From assembly GCA_963845755.1 (NCBI GenBank), contig CAWJTV010000011.1:736001-800000 (forward strand): 64,000 nucleotides of DNA. Reading direction: 5' to 3'. Positions 1 through 9,025 of this stretch are shown piece by piece. The DNA is from an uncultured Planctomycetota bacterium. GTDB taxonomy: Bacteria > Planctomycetota > Planctomycetia > Isosphaerales > Isosphaeraceae. The translations under genes and the position numbers were made by a program. The notes below the pieces were generated by a model that did not search any database, had not been told where the DNA came from, and saw only the letters and a program-made list of their open reading frames with translations. How positions within the stretch are numbered: position 1 is the first letter of the stretch; every line of letters starts with the position of its first letter.

Positions 1-1305
1 CAAGTCGACGAAGACCCCGTTCGCATTGTTTGCGATGATGTTCCCCGCACCGGCCACCGTGCCGCCGATCGTGTTGTTGTCGGAGCCGCCGGAATGCAGG
101 TCGCCGCCGATCTCGATGCCGGATCCCGCGTTGCCCCCGAAGTTGAGCGTGCCGGTGAGGTCGGTGCCGATCGCATTACCCTGGATCAGCACGCCGGTCG
201 ATAACTCGAGGTCAATTCCGGGCGAGGCGCCCCCGATAATATTGGCCGCCGCGGGAGATGTCCCACCAATGGTGAGGTTGGTCCACCCGCCGACGTAGAT
301 CCCCTCGCTGTTGTAGAACGTGGCGGTGTTGGTAAGGGCGGTTCCGGCGGCGTTGACCCCGATCCGGTTCCCCTGCACCAGGCCATCGTGATAGGTATGG
401 CCGGTGCCACCGCCGTTCTCGAAGGCCAGCGCGTAGGCGTTATAGTTCGCGATCACGTTGCCCGCACCGGCCGTGCTGCCCCCCACGGTGTTCGACGATC
501 CGCTGATGACGACGCGGTTGGCGCCCCCCAGAACCGTGCTGCCGTCGGCTCCGATGCCGACGTAATTGCCCTGGATCACGCCACGATCCCCACGGCTCTC
601 GACCTCGGCGTTGCCAAGGTTGCCCGAAATCACGTTCCGCTGCGCGGGGGCCAGGCCGCCGATCGTGACATCGTCCACCTCGGACCGGATGCCCTGAGCA
701 TTGCCCTGCGCGATCATGCCGGTGGGATCGGTGCCCAGGAAATCGCCCTCGATGTGGTCGCCGCCGGTGCCCGTCAGCCAGATGCCGTAGGCGCTGAACT
801 GGTCGATGACCAGCCCGCGTACCGTGCTGTTCCCGGCACTGATACTCAGGCCATTGGCGCCGCCGGCGGCCGAGCCGTTGAGCTCGATCAAGGGCAGGGC
901 GTTGACCCCCTGGTTGAGCGCGTTGGTATTCGGGTGCGAGCCGGGCTGCGTGAAGCCGTCGATGAAGATCGCATCGGCGATCGCCGGCAGGGGCGACGTC
1001 AGGTTGATCGTATGCACGCCCGGGCCGGGGATGTCGAAGTCAATCGTATCGAGCCCGGCCGTGCCGGCCGGCGCGTCTCCCGAGGCCGCGTTGGTATTGG
1101 CCGCGGTGATCGCCTCTCGGAGCGTCACCACCCCATCGTCGGCGATCGTATCTCCCGTGCCGGTCACGGTGATGGTCGCCAGCAGCCGGCGATCCTCCAT
1201 CACTTCGACCTGAAGATGACACCGATCGTGGCGAATCCGAGAACGGCGGCGCCGCCGTTGAGTCGAGAGGATCTCGAACGTGGATCGACTCTCAAGCCGG
1301 TACAT
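1..1305 (-). CDS. Large exported protein with planctomycete LEPRxLL-type leader and CSLREA-like/beta-helix repeats (runs off window start)
   Basis: Translated by hand from ATG at 1305: MYRLESRSTFEILSTQRRRRRSRIRHDRCHLQVEVMEDRRLLATITVTGTGDTIADDGVVTLREAITAAN, later LGTDPTG and RNVISGN-type repeats. Not in the ORF track, apparently because it has no stop in the window. Confidence 0.8.
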   Translation of the reverse strand, partial: MYRLESRSTFEILSTQRRRRRSRIRHDRCHLQVEVMEDRRLLATITVTGTGDTIADDGVVTLREAITAANTNAASGDAPAGTAGLDTIDFDIPGPGVHTINLTSPLPAIADAIFIDGFTQPGSHPNTNALNQGVNALPLIELNGSAAGGANGLSISAGNSTVRGLVIDQFSAYGIWLTGTGGDHIEGDFLGTDPTGMIAQGNAQGIRSEVDDVTIGGLAPAQRNVISGNLGNAEVESRGDRGVIQGNYVGIGADGSTVLGGANRVVISGSSNTVGGSTAGAGNVIANYNAYALAFENGGGTGHTYHDGLVQGNRIGVNAAGTALTNTATFYNSEGIYVGGWTNLTIGGTSPAAANIIGGASPGIDLELSTGVLIQGNAIGTDLTGTLNFGGNAGSGIEIGGDLHSGGSDNNTIGGTVAGAGNIIANNANGVFVDL

Positions 1306-1617
1306 GGAGAGAGACTCCGCGAAGTGACCTTTGGTTCCATCCCAGTGATTACGTCCCTGTTATGCTGATCCGCAATGACCAGCAGGACGCGCAAATCGCA
1401 CCGATTTTTTTCAAAATCAATCTTCGATTAATATGACATTATTGACGATCTGAGATGATCCGATGCCCCGTGTCGTGAGGCCGCCGGCAAACGGACGCGT
1501 CTCGATACGCGATCCGGACGGATGCGCAGGCACGCCCCGCGACCGCACGACGCGAGTCGATCAGACCGCGGTAAGTCCAGGGCGCCTCGAGGCTCGATTC
1601 GTAAGAGACCCTAGAAT

Positions 1618-1704
1618 AACCACGAAATACACGAAAGAAGAAAGAGGATCAGAATATGATTTTCCAATTCGTCTCGCTTCCGTATTTTTCATGTATTTCG
1701 TGGT
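1618..1704. repeat. Imperfect inverted repeat (AACCACGAAATACACGAAA ... TTTCATGTATTTCGTGGT), REP-like
   Basis: Arms at ~1618-1637 and ~1685-1704 are near reverse complements; intergenic. Confidence 0.6.
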
Positions 1705-1823
1705 CGAACTCTTTGAGGGAAAGAAGTCAAGAGAAGTAAAGTATCGAGATGTGTTAGTATGTTTAATAATGATATAATTGGAGAATAAGCCATAACCAAA
1801 ATTGAGGACAAGCGTTGCGAGCA

Positions 1824-1958
1824 CCTTGTTCCCATGCTCCGCGTAGGAACACCGCGTGCCAGACGCTCTGCGTCCCGAGGATTTCCCAGGTGGCGCACGG
1901 GACCCTGTCAACGCGGAGCGTCAGAGACGGCATTCCGACGCGGAGCGTGGGAACGAGG
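1824..1958. repeat. REP-like palindromic element (GTTCCCACGCTCCGCGTGGGAA family)
   Basis: ttgttcccatgctccgcgtaggaac ... ggcattccgacgcggagcgtgggaacgag; same family as 7452-7560. Confidence 0.75.
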
Positions 1959-2097
1959 AAGTCCCTCACCAGCCTCAACTTAACTTAATTCAACGTATTG
2001 GATTTAAGGGGAGGAAAGGGGATATTCGCATGATCCCGGGGTCTGCTCGACTCGATCGTCAAGCGCTCTGGCCACAGGCCGAGTACCCCGGACGCGG

Positions 2098-4924
2098 TCA
2101 CCGGCTCCTGGTCTTGCCGACGGGATCGGTCCCCTGCGCTTCGGATCTCGGGTCGAGCCGACGGACGAGGATCGCCCAGTCCCGGTCGGCGTGCGACGGT
2201 GGCGGCCCGAGCGCCCGGGTCCCCGCTCCTTCGAGTTCCTCGACCGTACCCTTTTGCAACCCGCCGCCGGCGCGGGGGTCAAACCACCTCACCGAATAGC
2301 GGCCGGGCTCCAACGTCAGGGAGCAGGTCCCGCCGTTGCCGAGGTAGACCGCATACACCGCGCCTGGCCTGGCCAGGCAGAGGGCCTCGGGAGTCGAGAC
2401 CAGTTCGGGACACGGCTTCGTTTCCCGCACGGGGACATGCTGGAAGAACTCCAAGGCCCAGCGCGTCTGGTCCCACATCCGGTCGCGCGACCGGAAGTCC
2501 TCGAGATTAATATCATTGTGAGGGTATCGCAGCCCGAAGAGCCACTCGGCGCCGGAGCCGCCCAGCATCAAGGGCGTCCACAGGGCATGGCGACGGACCC
2601 CGTCGTGATCGGGATCGTCGGTGTCGGGCTTGACGCCGGTACTCGCCGGGCCGATCTCGTCGAGGAACACCGCCCAGGGTCGGCCCGACGCCGCCGAACG
2701 ATTCAGCCAGGTTGAAGTGCTCTTTCCACAGTTTTCCATCTTGCCCACCTGGAGGGAGGCGCCCGAGAAAAGCCGGTCGCCCAGCAGGGGATTGTAAACC
2801 TTGTCGTGCTGGCTGGGGAACGTGTGCACGACGATCGGGTGGTCGTACGGGTCGAGCCGATGAACGTAGCGGGCGAAGCTCTTGAGTTGATCCGTCGTGT
2901 TGGTGTTCTCCTCGCCGAGGTTCCAGACCAGCGCGGGGTGGTGCGCGAACCGGGCAATCAGCTCGCGGTAATAAAGCTTCCTCTCAGGGCCAAGTGAGCC
3001 GCCGTCGAGAAGCTGATCGTTCTCCTGCTCCTGGTGGACGACGTGCAGCATGATGCCCCGTCGGTCCATGTGAGCGAACACGGTCTCCCACTGGTCGAGC
3101 TTGCTGACGTCGAAGCGAAACCGCTCGTTCGACCCGGTCCAGGGCCAGACGTCCTTGCCGTCGCCCTTGACGTTCATCGTGAGGAAGTAAATGCTATTGA
3201 TCCCTTTATCCGCCAGATAATTCAGTGCGCCAATCAGGTTCTTGCCGCGACCGCCGCGCCAGGTGGGGTCGCCCGGGTGCCAGTCGCGGGCGTGGGGTTC
3301 GAACCGGTGGGTCGGCCGGGTGCCGTCGAAGTCGACGAAGGCCAGGAGGTTCTCGGGGCTATCCGCTCCGCCCTTGAGAAAGGCGGAGTTCGTCCCGGCG
3401 AAGACGAAGTAGCGCTCGCCGACGTCGCGGAGCAAGCCTGTCGCGCGGGCGTCGGGGACCTGTTTATCGGATCGGTCGACGTGAAATGTGCCGTCGGCGA
3501 TACCCGACGCGTTCGCCAGGGACATCGTCGCGGATGGCGACGTCCGTGCCGCGGACCAGCTCGGCGTGGAAGGTCCAGTCGCCTTCGGAGTCGGGGAGGA
3601 ATCGGGCCTGCCAACGGTCGCCCCGCTCGGCGCCGGTCTCGCCGGCAGAGCCGTCCGCGGCGAAGAAGCCCGGAACGACGAAGGTCCGCCCCGCGCGGGT
3701 GAAGACGACCGTCAGACGGTAATCGCGGAACGGGTTCGGGTCGGCCGTCTCCGACGACTTCGGTCCCTGAAACGTGAACGAGACCGGGTGCCATACCTTG
3801 CGCTCTCCGTCGACCTGGACGGGCATTGCTGGCGTGACCGCCGTCCTGGCACCATCGGCTTCGAGCAGCCGCGTGATGAGCTGGTTGGTGGTCGCGGTAG
3901 GGTCACCGGGCCGGTTCTCACCCCAGTTCGCATCCGCGGCGACGACAACGAGCCCGCGGCTGGGAATCATCAGCGCACAATTTCCGCCGAATCCGAGGCT
4001 CATGAACGTATCGGCGGGTGCGGCGGGCCAGGTCATCCGGTCGCGTTGCGTGGGAACCGGGGCGTTGAACCACCAGTTGAACCCGTAGATCCCCGGCCCC
4101 GACCTGCTGAAGTGGCTCGAGCCGCCGCCGTAGCTGCCGATCTTGAGGTAGTCGTCCGTCTTGGCCTCGCGGCTGACGGGCAAGTCCCGTGGCACATGGG
4201 GGCGCTGGTAGTCGTCGAAGTACGACCGCGGAAGGATTGGCTTCCCATTCCATTGCCCCTTGTTCAGCCAGAACCAGGCGATCCGGGCGAAGTCTCGCAC
4301 CGAGGCTTTGAGCCGACGCCGCCGATCGAACGACAGCCCGTCTTCGAAGCCGAGCGCCGCGAACCGCTCGGCCGCGACCGCGTCGGGATTGTCCTGGAAG
4401 ACCCGGTCGAAAAGCGTCTTCTGGTAGAGCATGATGGCGAAGTCGTTGTAGGCCCACGCTTGGCCCGGCGGCTCCGGGCGGGCGTAGCCGCTGACCATGT
4501 TCGCCAGATGGGCGAACGTCATCGGCGCGTCCTTCTCCGAAAGCTTCCAGCCGGCGTCGATGACCTTCGCGTCCACGCCCGCGACCTTGCCTTCCTGGAT
4601 CGCGAAGAACAGCAGTGTGGAGAAGACTGGCTTGGCCGAGGAGTACCAATCTTTCTTCTCCGACTGAGACCCCCAGGTCTTGATGACGCAGCCGTCCTTG
4701 ACGACGCAGCCCCGGCCGCTGAATGCCCGGGCAAGCGCATCGAGCCGAGCCGCGTCCATACCGAGTGCTCCCGGCTCCTTGACCTCCCAGTTCTTGCCGG
4801 GAAACGTGCGCTCTCCGGCGGAGGATTCAGGAGCCAGGACAGCCGCCACGGTCCCGACGATGACCACAATCCACGCCCGTTTCCGGACCGAAAGGCTTCG
4901 CAAGATCCTCGTGAGGGCGACCAT
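2098..4924 (-). CDS. Secreted beta-lactamase-fold serine hydrolase fused to DUF5060 / glycoside-hydrolase-like TIM barrel / C-terminal beta domain (one frameshift near 3470-3525)
   Basis: ORF 3464-4924 has a signal peptide, SxxK (YSSAK), WAYND, YGFNWW, then NPFRDYRLTVVF...GFFAADG...RFLPDSEGDW (DUF5060-like). ORF 2098-3525 continues with WNLGEE and YSVRWFDPRAGG. Confidence 0.7.
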
Positions 4925-4995
4925 CGTGTCGTTCCTTTCCGCTGAGCAGGTTGTTCATGCTCGGGACCGAGTTCCAAAGATCCCGCGGTGCCCAA

Positions 4996-6214
4996 TCACT
5001 TTTCGATGCTCGGCTGCCAGTGCGGCCACATGGCCGCATGACCCTGCGACAGATCTGTGAGCTGGCGCTCGGAGCGGTCGGCGAGCCGCATGACGTAGAG
5101 TTGCCGGACGCCACTCCGTTTCGATCCGTAAGCCAGCCAACGGCCGTCGGGCGACGGCGTCGGGTGATAGTGCAGCGAACCGCCGGGTGTTTGCGTCAGG
5201 CGTTCGCTCCGGCCATCGAGCGCGATGCGGTACAGCTCCACGTTGTCGCCCACCTTGGCCGTGTAGAACACCGAGGTACCGTCCATGGACCACGCCGGGA
5301 TGTCGCTGCTGCCGCCGTGGAAGTCGGGGACGTCGAGGAACGCGATCATGCCGCGGTAACCGCCCCGGTCGGCGAGCTTGCGGAGGCTTTTTCCATCGGC
5401 ATCGGCCACGTACGGGTGGCAGTTGTAGTGCTCTCCGGCGACGAAGAGCAGGTGCTTGCCGTCGGCCGACCACTGCGGTGCGAAGTTGAAGGGATGGCCC
5501 GTGTCGATCTGTCGGGCGTTCAAACCGTCGGCATCGGCCACGTACACCTGGTAGCTCTTGTGATAGGCGATCCGCCGGCCGTCCTTCGCGGCGCTGAAGC
5601 CGTAGGCGAACTCGTTCGAGTCCTTGGTCAGGTCGTGCTTGTTCCGGCCGTCGCGATCCATCCGGAACGGGTGCGAGTTGCCATCGATGAGCGCCTGGAA
5701 GCCCAGCTTCGCCGGATCGCCTGGCCAGAAGAAGAGGCCGGAGTTATGAAAGCTGACGCGGTCGATCGCCGTGAGGTTCGTCGCCGACCCGGTCGCCAGG
5801 TCGACGAGGTTCATGTCATAGAGCCAGCCCTCGGCATTGTAGCGGAACTGTTGATGCTCCTCCTCCCAGCGCGCATTCTCGGGGCTCTCCCAGCCGCGGC
5901 CGACGATCGCCAGGCGACCGTCCGGCGACCAGCCCGCGAACTGCGTCCAGGAGTCCGGCTCATGGCTCAGCCCCTCGGCGACGAGGCGACGGCCGGCCCC
6001 ATCCTGCGCGGACGGTCACCGCGCGCATCGTGGCCACGTTCGCATGCCGGCCGCCGGAGAGATCGGTGCGCAACTCGGTGTAGCCGATGAGGACGTCCTC
6101 GGCCGATGCCTCGATCGTCGCGACGAGCAATAGCAGCGCCGTTGCGATCGACGGGCGGAGGATCGGGCGACGTTGCGAGGGGCCGGGTAAGTGGCCATGA
6201 TCAATGAAAGTCAT
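4996..6214 (-). CDS. Secreted TolB-like (PD40/WD40) beta-propeller protein (frameshift near 5960-6000)
   Basis: Signal peptide in ORF 5960-6214; repeats PQWSADGK, PAWSMDG, PTPSPDGRWLAY in ORF 4996-5814. Confidence 0.75.
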
Positions 6215-6232
6215 AAACCTTCGTCCTTCCTT

Positions 6233-6727
6233 TCACATCGCGGACGGGTGGACGCCCTGGTTCGCGCGGACCTGGGCGATCAAGGTCTCCACGAACGAAT
6301 CGAACTCGTGCCGTTGCGGGCCGGAGCGCGCCACGTCGAGAAGGATGTTCCCCTGGTGGGAGACGAACTGGAGGAACTCGATCTTCGGGGCGGTCTTGGC
6401 GAAGATCACCAGCGAGACGAAGAAGGCGCCCCCCGCGACGGAGAACCAGACGGCGGTCCAGAGTCTCGGGTTGACCGCCGCGCCCGTGGTTTGGAGCGCG
6501 ATGATCACCAGGCCGATCGCGATCATCATCAGCCCCACGCCGAACCCGAACTCCTTGGGCCGGACGCGAAGACGGTTGGGCTCCGGCCGGAGATTCGCCA
6601 GCATGATCGTGATTTCCGACTCGACTCGGACTGTCTTCGATCGGACGATCACCCGGTCTTTGAAGAGCTCGAACTGCCTCCGGCCATTAGGACGGACTTC
6701 ATAATACCGGTCTATGGATTCGAACAT
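6233..6727 (-). CDS. Hypothetical membrane protein (two TM helices)
   Basis: MFESIDRYYEV...; hydrophobic stretches GVGLMMIAIGLVIIAL and AVWFSVAGGAFFVSLVIF. Confidence 0.65.
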   Translation of the reverse strand: MFESIDRYYEVRPNGRRQFELFKDRVIVRSKTVRVESEITIMLANLRPEPNRLRVRPKEFGFGVGLMMIAIGLVIIALQTTGAAVNPRLWTAVWFSVAGGAFFVSLVIFAKTAPKIEFLQFVSHQGNILLDVARSGPQRHEFDSFVETLIAQVRANQGVHPSAM

Positions 6728-6954
6728 GTATGATTTACCATATATTTTATTGTAAACAATCGATCTCCTTGCGGTCGATGGGCAGCAAGGCGCCATTTCA
6801 GAAGATACCGCGCCGATCGGTCCGTCGCACCATCTTTGAACCGATGCGGGTGGCCATCACCCTCGACAGGGACACCTTGACGACTCGAGGCCGCGGCCAA
6901 GAGACTACCAACTGTGCGGTTCGATCCTCGCGTGATGCCTGGAGCTCTCGATCG

Positions 6955-7411
6955 ATGTCCATCTATGTCGATGCAGACGCCTGCCCGGTCAAGGAGGAGG
7001 TCTACCGCGTCGCGCGGCGGTATACGATGAAGGTCTACATCGTCGCCAATGCGCCGATGCGGGTGCCGGCGGAGGAGTTGATCGAGCTCGTCGTGGTAAA
7101 GGGCGGGTTCGACGCGGCCGACGATTGGATCGCCGAGCGCATCGGACCGGGCGACATCGCCATCACGTCCGACATCCCGCTCGCCGACCGCTGCCTGCGC
7201 CGAGGAGCGCCGGGCGCTCGGTCCGAAGGGGTCGCCGTTCACGGAAGACGCCATCGGCGATGCCGTCGCCACCCGTGCCCTGCTCGACATGCTGCGACAG
7301 TCCGGAGAGTTCGGCGGCGGCCCCGCCCCGTTCACCAAGGCGGACCGCTCGCGATTCCTCTCCAAGCTCGACGAGACGATCCACGCGATCCGACGTGACA
7401 CGCGGAAGTGA
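6955..7411 (+). CDS. yaiI: YaiI/YqxD (UPF0178) family protein (frameshift ~7210-7220)
   Basis: [37 protein letters not shown]-terminal [15 protein letters not shown] in the next frame ends at TGA 7409-7411. Confidence 0.85.
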
Positions 7412-7451
7412 AATCGCGACACTCCTCGCTCAACACCACCGCCGGTTGCCT

Positions 7452-7560
7452 CCTCGTTCCCACGCTCCGCGTGGGAATGCCATCTGGGACGCTCCGCGTC
7501 CTCTTCCCGGACGGAGACCAACGACGCGACGCGGAGCGTCGAACCCGGCATTCCCACGCG
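7452..7560. repeat. REP-like palindromic element whose last arm is split by an insertion (remainder at 8453-8467)
   Basis: ctcgttcccacgctccgcgtgggaatgc...gacgcggagcgtc...ggcattcccacgcg|; the missing gagcgtgggaacgag is at 8453-8467. Confidence 0.75.
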
Positions 7561-7561
7561 G

Positions 7562-8452
7562 GGAATGCTGACGAAATAACTTCCCGAGTTCCGGGGGTAC
7601 AGGGCGGCTGGTTTCCGGGAGGTTGTTTCGTCAGCGTTCCAAGGCGCACCCTGGGAGCCGAACACGGAGCGTTTCTCTTCTCTCCTTTCCCCGAAGGGGT
7701 TCCACAACAAAGCCCAGGGTCGCCGCCAGGCGCACCCTGGGTATGCTGGCCCATGGTTTTCTCCCGTACCCCAACGGGGTTCCACAACGCTCAATCCCAG
7801 ACGTAACGCTCATCGATCGCGACCCCGTACTTCTGGCAAAGGCGGCGGAACTCCTCCTGGAACGTCACCGTTCGGTGGTGATCTTCTTGATTCTTGATAG
7901 ACTCAACCAACACCTCCACATGGGATGGGCTGGCCGAAAACACGCCATATCCGGCCTGCCAATGGAACCCCCGCAACTTCGGCTCGTTCTCCTTGACCCA
8001 CTTCGAACTCTCGCGTTTGAGCTCACGAATCAACGTCGCCAGATCGATCGTACGACCCAGGCGATTCAGGATATGCACATGGTCGGCAACCCCGCCAACG
8101 ATGAGGGCGGGACTCTGGAACTTCTGGCAGGTCCCCGCCAGGTACGCATGCACCCGCTCGCGGAAGACCTTGTCCACCAGCAAGGCCTCGCGGTCCTTGG
8201 TTGAGAAGATGAGATGCAGGTAGACCCGACCCCAGGGTGCGCCTTCGGCGACCCTGGGCTTTGTTATGTAACGCCTTCGGCGTAGAGACAAGACCGTTCC
8301 CCGAATGGGATACACAGCCGAAGGCGCACCCTGGGAGCGGAACACAGAACGTTTCTCTTGTATCCGTTTCCCGAGGAACGGTGACGAAACAACCTCCCGA
8401 GTTCCGGGGTGCATGGCAGCGGGTTTCCGGGAAGTTGTTTCGTCAGCGGTCC
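7562..8452. mobile_element. Composite insertion: two ~80-bp hairpin MITE-like units in direct repeat (7562-7640, 8375-8452) enclosing CCCAGGGT..ACCCTGGG palindromes and a tnpA remnant
   Basis: Each unit reads ggaa(t/c)g(c/g)tgacgaaa(t/c)aac..cccg ... ggga(g/a)gttgtttcgtcagcg(t/g)tcc; internal direct repeat 7641-7680 / 8321-8360. Confidence 0.65.
7791..8232 (-). pseudogene. tnpA: IS200/IS605-family (Y1/HUH, RAYT-like) transposase, probably inactive
   Basis: VYLHLIFSTKDR, HUH motif DHVH, ELKRESSKW, FHWQAGYGVFS. The usual catalytic YIxNQ reads SIKNQ (TCT), and a palindromic repeat sits where the start codon is expected. Confidence 0.75.
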
Positions 8453-8533
8453 GAGCGTGGGAACGAGAGTGGGCCGCCTTCTTCCCGTGGTGGTGTTCGG
8501 CGAGGAGTGTCGAAATCGCTCGGACGTTTCCCA

Positions 8534-8611
8534 TGCTAAAAATCCAGCACCAGGGTGTTGACACCTCGGCCAATCCTGCTATTCTTTTAGCATCTTGCTA
8601 ATTTTCCAGCA
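8534..8611 (+). promoter_or_regulatory. Sigma70-type promoter with three TGCTA-N6-(T/C)AGCA operator boxes, upstream of BlaI-family gene
   Basis: Boxes at 8534-8549, 8577-8592 (perfect dyad) and 8596-8611; TTGACA 8558-8563; TG-n-TATTCT 8577-8585; RBS GGAGG follows. Confidence 0.75.
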
Positions 8612-8626
8612 GGGGAGGAAGCCGTG

Positions 8627-9022
8627 ATGGGACGATCGAAGGACCAGGGAATCGGCTTGAGCCGCCGGGAGCGGCAGATCATGGATGTGATCTACCGCCG
8701 AGGTCAGGCGACGGCGGCGGAGGTCCTTGAAGACCTGCCCGACCCGCCGAGCTATTCGGCGGTGCGGGCGATGCTGCGGGTACTGGAAGAGAAGGGTCAC
8801 TTGCGGCACGATCAACAAGGGCCAAGGTATCTATTCCTGCCGACAGTCCCGCGCGACAAGGCGCGCCGATCGGCGCTGAAGCAACTGGTGCAGACGTTCT
8901 TCGAAGGCTCGACCGAGCAGACGGTGGCCGCCTTGCTCGACCTGTCGGCGAGCAAGCTGTCCGACTCCGAGCTGGATCGGCTCTCCCAGCTCATCAACGA
9001 GGCCCGGAAGGAGGGGCGCTGA
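8627..9022 (+). CDS. BlaI/MecI/CopY family transcriptional repressor
   Basis: LSRRERQIMDVIY...SYSAVRAMLRVLEEKGHL...LVQTFFEGS. Confidence 0.92.
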   Translation: MGRSKDQGIGLSRRERQIMDVIYRRGQATAAEVLEDLPDPPSYSAVRAMLRVLEEKGHLRHDQQGPRYLFLPTVPRDKARRSALKQLVQTFFEGSTEQTVAALLDLSASKLSDSELDRLSQLINEARKEGR

Positions 9023-9025
9023 ATC

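Noticed and set aside
8233..8573. N-terminal extension of the 260-aa transposase ORF
   Set aside because: It is translated repeat, MITE and promoter DNA; homology starts only at RVYLHLIFSTK
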